NCBI GenBank assembly: GCA_965644295.1
Contig: CBFFRP010000310.1
Span: 1-36,106, forward strand
Reading direction: 5' to 3'
From: Paraphysomonas bandaiensis
Lineage: Eukaryota > Protista > Chrysophyceae
Length of the DNA stretch: 36,106 nucleotides
The notes beneath the pieces are model-generated. The model did not search any database and had not been told where the DNA came from. It saw nothing but the letters and a program-made list of their open reading frames with translations. Shown here in pieces: positions 12,001 to 21,530 of the stretch. The stretch's first letter is position 1. Each line of letters begins with the position of its first letter. A program made the translations under genes and the position numbers.

Positions 12001-13613
12001 TTTGCCTTCGAAAGGTGATGTCGTTGTAGTCCTGATCCTCTGAATAACATGTGTCAGTGAGCTTCTATTAACTTCGATTTCGAGACATGTCCAGTACGCT
12101 CATGTAAGCGATCCAACGCATCTTGTCCTGTATTATCCGACAAATTTACCTCCTCCATCTGATTGCACATAGACACATTTGGCAGATTTAACACCTCCAT
12201 CAAGTCCACATACGGCATTCCTCCATGCTCATCGTACTCTCCAGTCAACACCTCGTTTCCAGAGTCCAATTCCACGATTTTAGGCTTTCGAAGCAGTTGT
12301 AATCCGTATCCCATTGATCTCAGCATCCCTCCTGACACAATGTTCTTCACCGCTTCTTCACTAACTCTGATGTCTCTCCATTCCCCGAATGTACCAGCCC
12401 CCTGTGTCTCCAATTGAGAACCCTTTCTAGTTAGTTGGATTGCCCCAAACTCAGGAGTAAATGACTCCAGTGCAATTTTATCCTTTACTATAAACAGTCT
12501 TTTACTTGCACAACTGTCCAGATATACACGAGGTTCTTCCGACGTATCCACCGATAGCAAAACCTCTTCTCCAAACATATTCGCTTCATCATCCGACGAC
12601 TCTCCGTCGTTGACGTATTTCTTCCATTCTGTCTCGAATTTCCTGTTCGATTTTCGAGGATTCTCATTATCCGGGTTTTTTATGTTCTTCCGTTTTTTCG
12701 ACTTGCACTGTCGGGCTTTATGACTAAAATCTCCACAGATATGACAACCAGTATAATCCTTTGATCCTGGCTGCTGCACACTCTTCGAAGCCTTTTCCTT
12801 TGTCTTCCCTTTTCTTTTGAACTTATCCATTTTTCTTTGTCGTTCCTTAGCATAACAATTCGCTGCTACATGTCCCTTCTTCCGACAAAATGAACAAACC
12901 ACTGGCTCCTTCGACGCTGTGAAATTGATCTCTTCAGACTTGTCTCCCTTTAGTTTCTTCAGCTGCGTCATAGCCTCGTCATACTCTTCACAAGCCTCTT
13001 TCACCGAATCAAATGTAGTTGTTGCTTTAGGCATCATCGCTACCGACATCCATAAATCATGTAATTCCTCTATCTGCAGCGCTGCTTTTATCTTTGCTAA
13101 TTTACTTGCCTCTGTCTGCGGTTGTCCCAATTTTATGAGCTTCTGGATTATACCGTTCAGTCGATCTACCCCAACAGACACCTTTTCCCCCGGCCTTATT
13201 TTGAACGAATGGTATTCTGCCGTAGTCTTCTCCAATACAGTCCCAATCTCGCCTCTGAACCTATCAACCAGTGTCTGAAGGAGCTCACTGGATAACACCT
13301 CCTTAGCAGGATCATCAGCAGGTAAAATTGCCTTCCCCTCCAAATATTGATTGGCTACCTCCAACACATCAGGGTCATGCTCGCAAGCCTCCCAAATAGT
13401 ACTAACACAGGTATCATTACGCTCTCTCCATGACTCTAAATTCCTTCCTCCGGCTGGCGGGTCCTCCAAGCCAAGATGGTTTCGGTTTTTCTTCATTAGA
13501 TGCATCTTGATTTTTCTCGCTGAATAGTCTGCTTGGTTCTTGTCAAACCGTAGCTTCTTGTCATCTTCCCCATCCCTACAACTAGCATTCGCTACCATAA
13601 CAGAAGTTGACAT
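9003..13613 (-). pseudogene. Copia gag-pol polyprotein (Gag with two CCHC knuckles, protease, integrase, RT, RNase H), disrupted
   Basis: Motifs: CSFCRKKGHVAANC and CHICGDFSHKARQC knuckles; YLDSCAS protease; HERTGH..CKWC; integrase D-D-E region (TADIS, HADGGSE, AVSERKFRT); RT YKARLVA, QLDVSNAFL, SLYGLRSS, IYVDD; RNase H TDADWAG, KSKHI, ADIYTK. Lesions are an in-frame TGA at 12056-12054 and frameshifts near 11832, 10912 and 9968. Confidence 0.95.
13590..13597 (-). promoter_or_regulatory. Primer binding site TGGTAGCG (initiator tRNA-Met type)
   Basis: Directly abuts the 5' LTR. It is the same 8-mer that starts the yeast Ty1/Ty3 tRNAiMet PBS. Confidence 0.75.
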
Positions 13614-13890
13614 TATTTGCTAAGGTTTACTATTCTCAACTGATAAGATGAAATTATAAACATTACATGATAAAGAATCTAAGTTGTGTTCGATGTGTTC
13701 AACACCATTCATTTACTACTATAGTCTACAAACCACACACTCCGTGATCGTATCCTGTATAGTCACCCACTTCTACTTCAGTTTCATACTACACAATATA
13801 ATGTACTAATTACATATATATCTTTCGATCCTTGCATCTCACATAATACTGCACTCAATTGCAAGTATATAGAATCTTCAGATCTCAACA
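13598..13890 (-). repeat. 5' LTR of Copia element (contains the first gag ATG at 13613)
   Basis: Direct repeat of 8586-8878, followed by the PBS. Confidence 0.96.
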
Positions 13891-14830
13891 CTGGACTCCC
13901 TGGCGCATGTGGTCTGGAGGTCTCCCCTTGGGATGGTACTCCATTGGTTTTGGAGGGGGCTCAGCATTCTGAATTAGGGGCCTGAGTGCACCTAGTTCCA
14001 GATGGATGGGTTGAGAGTGGTGGGGATTGTTGGGAGGAGGAGTTGGGTTTGTAGTCTGTGTTACTGTGCTCCTGTGGGGCCGCGGGAGTAGATAGAGTTG
14101 TCGAAGCCGTCGGCGTTGTGGAGGTCTGGGCAGTCCAATGTTCTGTCGGGTAGGACCTGTGAGGTGTGCACATGTGTCTGGAGTCGGATACGCTGTGGGG
14201 GGTCTTCGTTGGACCCCTAGTAGTCGAAGGACTCTCGGACGTTGTCTTGACTGACTGCGTTTCGGACGGGGTCTCGGAAGTAGCCTGGGCGGCCTTTTGG
14301 ACATGGTGATATAGCGACAACCGCGATCCTGTAACATAAGCTTCGCTGCAGTGTAAAGCGGTTGCAGGAGATTAATAACCACTGTTTCTAGGTTCCGTAG
14401 ACTGTGAGCCGTCAGGTGGTTGTGTATGTCGTCTCCGAAGACCGTTTCCAGTTGGGCTGCTGTGATGGTTCCAGTCCAGTATCTCTCGACCTGTGGGATG
14501 GAGGGATTCCAGGCTCTGCTGGAGAGTCTCCGTAGTGCAGATGTGATCCAGTTGGGTAAGGTCTGAGTTCTCTGTATTTCGTGTAGCACATTTTTATGCG
14601 ATTGAAATGAAGTTTCCCTTATTTGGGTGATGGATTCATGTGTGCAGTCGAGGCACATATGTTTTAGGGAATCTAGTCGAAACCCGCAGTCAGAGCATGC
14701 GGCTTTGGTCAGGTCAAGCCCCTGTTTGGTTTTGGCCCGGTTCCTCCCTATATGCAGAAAGATTTGTCCCATGTCAGTGCCGTGTTGAGAATTCTTTGGC
14801 GTAGATTTGAGCTGAGTTTGTCTTTGGTTA
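13891..14830 (-). mobile_element. 5'-truncated non-LTR retrotransposon (LINE) ORF C-terminus
   Basis: CSDCGFRLDSLKHMCLDC matches the C-terminal CCHC zinc knuckle of LINE ORF2, followed by an Arg/Pro-rich tail. Composition resembles the RT fragment at 35200-36030. Confidence 0.7.
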
Positions 14831-15871
14831 CAGGATGTATGGGGAGATCCAGAATGTTACTTACTGATTCAGTTCATTCTTAATGATGAAGTTAGTAGTG
14901 AGACTGGTTTGTCGCCATTTGAGTTTACATTTGGTACTGCTGCTATGCCATACTTTAAATTAACGGATAATGTTAATGTGAGTAGCTCTATGGAGTATAT
15001 TGCCAAGTTTAATGAACATCTTGAGACGATTCGTGAAATTGCAAATGAGGTTCAGCGTAAGATACAAAACAAGCGTAAATCTAAGACGCCAGCTGAGAAC
15101 TTAACCCAATATCAACCGGGCCAACTTGTATTATTCCAATTAAATCCAAAGCGCCACAAGCCTACGAAGTTATATCCTCGTTTTAAGGGACCTTATGAAG
15201 TGGTGTCAACTTATAAAGCTGATGTTACATGTGTTCATATTGTCATGCGTTTTGAAGTGGTATTGCACATGTCATGGCTTAAACCGTTTTTTGGAACACT
15301 TGAAGATGCATATCGTGTAGCCCAAATTGATTTCAACCAACATACAGTGCATTCTATCGTTGCTCATAGAGGAGATCCTGAAGTGCGTACTACAATGGAT
15401 TTTCAAGTACAGTTTGAGGATGGTTCTTTGTTGTGGATACCATGGTCCCTAGATATTTCCTCTACTTCACATTTCCAATTATACTGTGAACAACGACCAT
15501 ATCTTTTTCCGTTACTATTTACTGCTACCATGGCTAAAGCTGAACGTACTCGTATGAAACGTATTCCTATTGAGGGAGTGTCTCCTGGTCAAACTATTTA
15601 TGTAGATTTGCGTGCTTGGGGTGCCGATTTTTATGATACACTAGACTTACCGAATTGTTATACGACTATTTATGTTGTGGAGTGTAACTATGTACGGTGG
15701 GCGGGTCGTCGTAAATTGCGTATTGATCTATATTGCCCTTTGTTTCGGTCTACATATGAATGGAGTGCCTATGACGTTCATTGCTACGGTCGAGTTACTA
15801 CATTTGACTCTTCTATTATGGTGTTGGTCGATGCGGAGTTTTGCAAGAGATTTCCTGATATACTCTTGTAA
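14830..15871 (+). pseudogene. Gypsy integrase C-terminal fragment with chromodomain-like region and a further ~100-aa extension
   Basis: The frame is open upstream of the 14909 ORF (DVWGDPECYLLIQFILN...). VHSIVAHRG...DFQVQFEDGSLLWIPW is chromodomain-like. Stop at 15871. Confidence 0.8.
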
Positions 15872-16465
15872 ACAGGTTTTATTCTTCTATTTTGAAATCA
15901 TATTTATAATATTCTTTTATTTATATTACAATACTACCTTGTCTATCTAGTTTATTCTCAATCTAATATGTTTGAATCTGATTTTGTTTGCTTATACTTA
16001 GAATGACGCTATCTAGTATGGCCGATTTAAGTATTTGCATACATGAATCACAGTCTCTGTATTCACAATCTAATTTCTTCAGCTGGGGGGAAAAGAGGGT
16101 AGTGTCACGCAGTACTGGTTACTTATACTGCGTTATTAGTAGTATGATATGTTACTCTTCTGTTGTACTCTCTAACACGTACAGAGTGTTTTAGTATTTT
16201 CAGTTTTCAGTTTTATTTTCAGTTTCTACTCTCAGAGTGTTGAAGCTGTACATACATACCGGATAAAATATTTTTAATCGGGTGTGTTGTGTGTTGAAGT
16301 GAAATGCTGAACATGATGTATGTGTATGTGTGTGTTACACTGTAGAGATGTATAGCTGTGTTACTCATTCTTCTTCTTCTATATAACGTTTTAATAACGA
16401 TTCAATTAAGCTCATTCGCGGTTTGCGTTTGTGTGGAGGAGTTCTACCCGCTGGTAGGCTTAACA
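14830..16465 (+). mobile_element. 3' half of a Ty3/Gypsy (chromovirus-like) LTR retrotransposon: integrase C-terminus, PPT and 3' LTR
   Basis: SETGLSPFEFTFG and KLYPRFKGPYEV (GPY/F module). The PPT GGGGGGAAAAGAGGGTAG (16085-16102) is directly followed by TGTCACG at 16103, with a likely LTR end ...GCTTAACA at 16465 (no second LTR to confirm). Confidence 0.85.
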
Positions 16466-16557
16466 GTGTAGCAGCCCGCTGGCGTACACTCTAAATCTGT
16501 TAAAACGTTTTTAGTAAGAGCTTTCTGTCATTCACGTGTTTCTAGTTCTCAGAAACA

Positions 16558-17431
16558 TCACAAAGCTTCAGCACGATGCATATGTCAGGCTTAAATGGAT
16601 TTGCAAAACAGCGTTTTATATCAGAAGTTGTTTCTCCTGTCTGGTCGGATTTGGTAGTTCCAAACACCACTGTTAGTACATCGTTTCTCCATCCAAAGTT
16701 GGAGAGCAAACAATCATCTACGTTATCACTCCTTCCAATAGTTGAAACAGATAATACTGTGAACAGACTGGCAAATACTCCTTCATCCCAAGTTCGTTGC
16801 TTTCCAGTGGGCCTCATCCTAGCGAAAGCCTTATTAATTTCGATGTAGCCATTGAGATTGTAGGCCTCCTTTCCTTCTTTCTGTCGCATAATGCCGGCTC
16901 TTTTCTTGCTTGCTATGTCTCGTTTGTAACTTGATATAGATTTTTTTAGGGCTTCGTCCATTCCACCTGGCCATGGTGATCCTATTTTGTCCATGTCAGG
17001 ACGATCGTAACAGTGCCACCATTTAAGGGCTGACTTATAGTTTTGATAAAAGTCTGTGCACTAACCGTTACTTTATTTGCAGCAGGGTTGAGAGTGTCAA
17101 CCACTGCAGGATCATCAAGGTTCTCCACTGGGTCTTGCCCACCGTGTTTCCGCTTCTTTGGTAATGTGGTGTCTACAGAAATTTTTGCGAACAAGAGTTT
17201 AGCTGTTTGTACTGCCATTGGAAGTTTCAGTTTGAGAACATCTTTGGCTAGTCCAGTATGTTTCCTTGCCACTCCAGTCTCATCGATATCAAGAGCCACT
17301 TCACGTAACCCCTCAATGTCATTGATGAGTCTGGTCATAGTTCGACAGCGGCTCAAATAGTCTCTCATTGAAGAATTTAGAATATTTCGTTCCTGCTGAC
17401 CTTGCACTACCAAGCACAAGTCTTCCATCAC
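16558..17431 (-). mobile_element. Crypton (CryptonS-like) tyrosine-recombinase DNA transposon, frameshifted and 3'-truncated
   Basis: STIGRSDNV...GWRNDVLTVVFGTTKSDQTG...KRCFANPFKPDIC matches the Crypton YR pattern (R-S-x-N, W-x-x-D, K-x-D-Q-x-G, ANP-x-x-P-x-IC). Correcting a frameshift at ~17049 gives SAQTYQNYKSALKWWH, joining ORFs 17431-16982 and 16994-16542. The catalytic C-terminal half is absent. Confidence 0.82.
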
Positions 17432-17571
17432 GATGATAGTAATTCAATTGAAATGTGAAATAGCTCAAATTGCTTAATACTGATAGTGTGTTAACCGCTA
17501 TAGTTATGGACACTTTTAGACACCAAGCTATGGCGATAACAGCACTAGCCTATAAATACACTGTACTACAC

Positions 17572-17635
17572 AATACTGAGCTGTATAATACGGTACTGAA
17601 CTGTATAATAGAATACTGAACTGTATAATAGAATA
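17572..17635. repeat. 20-bp tandem repeat, 3 copies, upstream of the Crypton ORF
   Basis: AATACTGAGCTGTATAATAC / GGTACTGAACTGTATAATAG / AATACTGAACTGTATAATAG. Confidence 0.8.
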
Positions 17636-17838
17636 ATGTAGATTGTGGTTTACAATTAGCACGATTTCGACCGTTTACTAAAACTGCGGCACTTGTAATC
17701 CGAGAGTGAAGTGTGTCTTCATCCGAAGATAAGATGCAGGCTGTACATACACACACAGTCCTCTAGAGCCCCCCTTGTAGCATATTGACCTCACTGGTCT
17801 TTTGTGGTATGTGATTAGTTTGACGCCTCGGCGTTACA

Positions 17839-18505
17839 AAGTGCCTTTGTACACTTATCATCGTACTCTGCCATACTCTTCTGATAATCAGAGATAACCC
17901 TTAATTCTACAAATGAAAGCTGTTCTCCATTTGCTGCACGCTCTAAAATATCCACAGGAGCAAACGGCTCTTTACGCTTGTCTTCCATCACCCATATCAA
18001 ACAAGCCCTCTTCAATTCTCGCTCCACGGCCTCCTCAAAAGCAAAATAGTATTTCTTAACTCCATCATAACGCTGATGCTCATCATATCCATACTGATTA
18101 ATCGACATTATTTCAGATAACTTACTCTCGAGAACAAGTTAATGTTGCAAGGCAATAACAAGCCACAAGTTGATAGTAAACGATAGTGTTATTAACTTGT
18201 TTTATCAGAGGTTATCTGTGATAATAATGACTAGCATTCTAATCTATCTTCTATCACAGACTACAACTACAGCTCACACCTTGGGCATATATATGCCCTT
18301 AATCTATACCAATCCACTGTACATATTGGACTGTACATATCCTACATAGTATTGTCATCATACACCGTATAATGGTATACCGTTACTCTACTGTATACTG
18401 TAGCTGGCTGTCTTCACTACAATGTATATATCCTGTATACCAGGCACCCACTGTATAGTGCAGTATACTGCTGTATACTACCAAGCCAAGCTCACAATCC
18501 AACGA
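17839..18505 (-). mobile_element. Probable LTR plus 5' gag fragment of another Copia family
   Basis: The minus strand starts GTTGGATTGTGA, like the LTRs at 28742 and 34393, and is GTAC/GTATAC-rich. It is followed by AAATAATGTC (same start context as the gag at 13613), opening a gag-like ORF 18108-17839 (DYQKSMAEYDDKCTKAL). Confidence 0.5.
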
Positions 18506-18535
18506 CAGTCAATGTCCTATACGGGGATGACGACA

Positions 18536-19605
18536 GAACTTATCCATTTTTCTTTGTCGTTCCTTAGCATAACAATTCGCTGCTACATGTCCCTTCTTCC
18601 GACAAAATGAACAAACCACTGGCTCCTTCGACGCTGTAAAATTGATCTCTTCAGATTTGTCTCCCTTTAGTTTCTTCAGCTGCGTCATAGCCTCGTCATA
18701 CTCTTCACAAGCCTCTTTCACCGAATCAAATGTAGTTGTTGCTTTAGGCATCATCGCTACCGACATCCATAAATCATGTAATTCCTCTATCTGCAGCGCT
18801 GCTTTTATCTTTGCTAATTTACTTGCCTCTGTCTGCGGTTGTCCCAATTTTATGAGCTTCTGGATTATACCGTTCAGTCGATCTACCCCAACAGACACCT
18901 TTTCCCCCGGCCTTATTTTGAACGAATGGTATTCTGCCGTAGTCTTCTCCAATACAGTCCCAATCTCGCCTCTGAACCTATCAACCAGTGTCTGAAGGAG
19001 CTCACTGGATAACACCTCCTTAGCAGGATCATCAGCAGGTAAAATTGCCTTCCCCTCCAAATATTGATTGGCTACCTCCAACACATCAGGGTCATGCTCG
19101 CAAGCCTCCCAAATAGTACTAACACAGGTATCATTACGCTCTCTCCATGACTCTAAATTCCTTCCTCCGGCTGGCGGGTCCTCCAAGCCAAGATGGTTTC
19201 TGTTTTTCTTCATCAGATGCATCTTGATTTTTCTCGCTGAATAGTCTGCTTGGTTCTTGTCAAACCGTAGCTTCTTGTCATCTTCCCCATCCCTACAACT
19301 AGCATTCGCTACCATATCAGAAGTTGACATTATTCGCTAAGGTTTGCTATTCTCAATTGATAAGATGAAACTATAAACATTACATGATAAAGAACCTAAG
19401 TTGTTCGATGTGTTCAACACCATTCATTTACTACTATAGTCTACAAACCACACACTCCGTGATCGTATCCTGTATAGTCACCCACTTCTACTTCAGTTTC
19501 ATACTACACAATATAATGTACTAATTACATATATATCTTTCGATCCTTGCATCTCACATAATACTGCACTCAATTGCAAGTATATAGAATCTTCAGATCT
19601 CAACA
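18536..19605 (-). mobile_element. Second, 3'-truncated copy of the same Copia family (5' LTR 19315-19605, PBS, gag N-terminus)
   Basis: Near-identical to 12819-13890. The gag ORF from 19330 differs at one residue (V5D) until it breaks at ~18536. The LTR is 291 bp with a few substitutions and a 2-bp deletion. Confidence 0.95.
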
Positions 19606-21530
19606 GAGATAACGTGATATATCGCTTATTATATTTTTTATTATAATCTTCTCTTATATTAACTTGATTAACGAGTGAATACACGTTCAGTTAACTTAGT
19701 AAATCATCCAATTGTGTCATAACTTGACATATAAACGATCTTATGCTTGCGATAGAACCATGCACTTCTTTTACCACCTGGAGAAGTTCTTGGCATCGAA
19801 TTTTGGCATTGAGTCCTTTCGCTTGTCGAATCCGAGTCGGTTGAGTCGTAACTTGTAACTTTAACTGACATCTCGCTACCAAAAAAAGAATTGATCTTTA
19901 TAATACTAAAACAATGTTGTGATTATTAGAGTGTAAGTAATGAACACGATAGAGTGAAAATAATGAATAACAATATAGAACGTAGCTATCATGCATAACG
20001 GAATAGTTAGAAGTGTAACTGATAGTGACGACGTTATGATGACGATCACGTATCTTCGACAGATACTCTCTCTAATTCAGTTCATGGTATATTTCATTGA
20101 GCATTATAACTCACAGATACAATCATGTATTAAGCTGAATCCTAATAGTAACTAATAACTGTATTACACATGGGGTAATAGAGATTTCCCATCACACACA
20201 ACTAAACACGCGAATTGCACTTCCACTCCCAGCAGTTCTGAAGCTTGTTGCCAAGAAAAAGTCTGGGATGTTTCGTCATCCTACATCAATCACCACAGTG
20301 TCTACTTGCTGGCAATATATTATACCATATTTATCACATATAAATGGTATAGTATGTAATACATAGTATCATACATTACTATATTATAATACATACATCA
20401 TGCCACAACTAATACGCACCTCTTTTCGTAGTTCATGGAGCGGGAAGTCTGTGAGTACTCCCCAGTTGTGAGTCGTGATGATATTATATGTATCACAGCC
20501 TATAAGTTAGTGATGCAAAATACTTACATGCATACATACATATATATTATACATACATTATTTAACTGGTGATATACATTCTATAAGGCTTAACATATAG
20601 GACTAATTACACAAAGGAAGCTATATGATCATCATACAATTCAATGGTTCATACATTGCATGTCTTCTGTGGATGACTTCGAGTGGGGTGACTTCTTCGA
20701 TAAATCCTCTCCACAGTATATCCACAGCTGAAATATCATACTTGTAATCTATAAATATGACACCCTCAGTCGTATTCATCGTCCTGTACATACAGACTGA
20801 TGTTAACCCTATGAGACATTTAATGGAACACATCATATATATACATACATATAGTGCGCATATTCCCTAACCCATATATATACATAGCCACACTGATAGC
20901 TCTAGTGGCTTAAGCTCTGTATTCACCTTATTCCGCCATCCTATGTGTCGTACCACACACATAAAAGAGGACAATGAGGGCGCTTTGCGCCTTTCTGTGT
21001 GTACCTCTCTATAGATCTTGTATTGTTGTCTCTGAGATCATAGGGAGGAACAACTCGCCTTCTTTATGATCCATACACACAACTCCGTCGAAACACGTCT
21101 ACGGAAGAGCTGAGATCATTGTTTTACTGATGCTATAGACCTTCTATTGATGCGTGTAATCTCATAGTAAAGTCATATATGCATCTAATACATACCCTAA
21201 TGTATAACCTCATTCACTGTATTATGTAAATACATGTATTGGTATACATTTCGCTGAACCCAAAAACTCACACACTACAACAGAGGATGATTTTTTCTCA
21301 TAACTCTCGAAAATCCTGCTGCCTACATGTTTGTCAGTTACACACAATAAGACTTAGCATTCATATATCACATCAGTCAGCAAGCATCTATCTTGCAGTG
21401 CAGTATATGTGCATATCTCAAATTTCGTGTGCAATATTCACTAATGCTACCGCGTCTGCTACTTTAATTAGTCAGTCGAGGAAAGGAGAAGTAAATTGAT
21501 TTGTATTAACTGTTGCACATCCAATTGAAT

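Larger units (their letters stand above)
8586..13890 (-). mobile_element. Full-length Ty1/Copia LTR retrotransposon (5305 bp), recently inserted, coding-defective
   Basis: 293-bp LTRs at 8586-8878 and 13598-13890 (2 substitutions by eye), 5-bp TSD CTGGA at 8581-8585 and 13891-13895, PBS, PPT, and gag-PR-IN-RT-RH domain order. Confidence 0.97.

Noticed and set aside
12054-12056. Programmed stop read-through between gag and pol
   Set aside because: The TGA lies inside the integrase HHCC region, after the protease, not at a gag/pol boundary. A CGA>TGA mutation is the simpler explanation.
9685-13278. Plus-strand ORFs overlapping the Copia pol
   Set aside because: Antisense shadows of a purine-rich coding strand, with no recognisable motifs.
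18536-19605. Assembly duplication of 12819-13890
   Set aside because: It carries several substitutions, a 2-bp LTR deletion and a different flank, consistent with an independent insertion.
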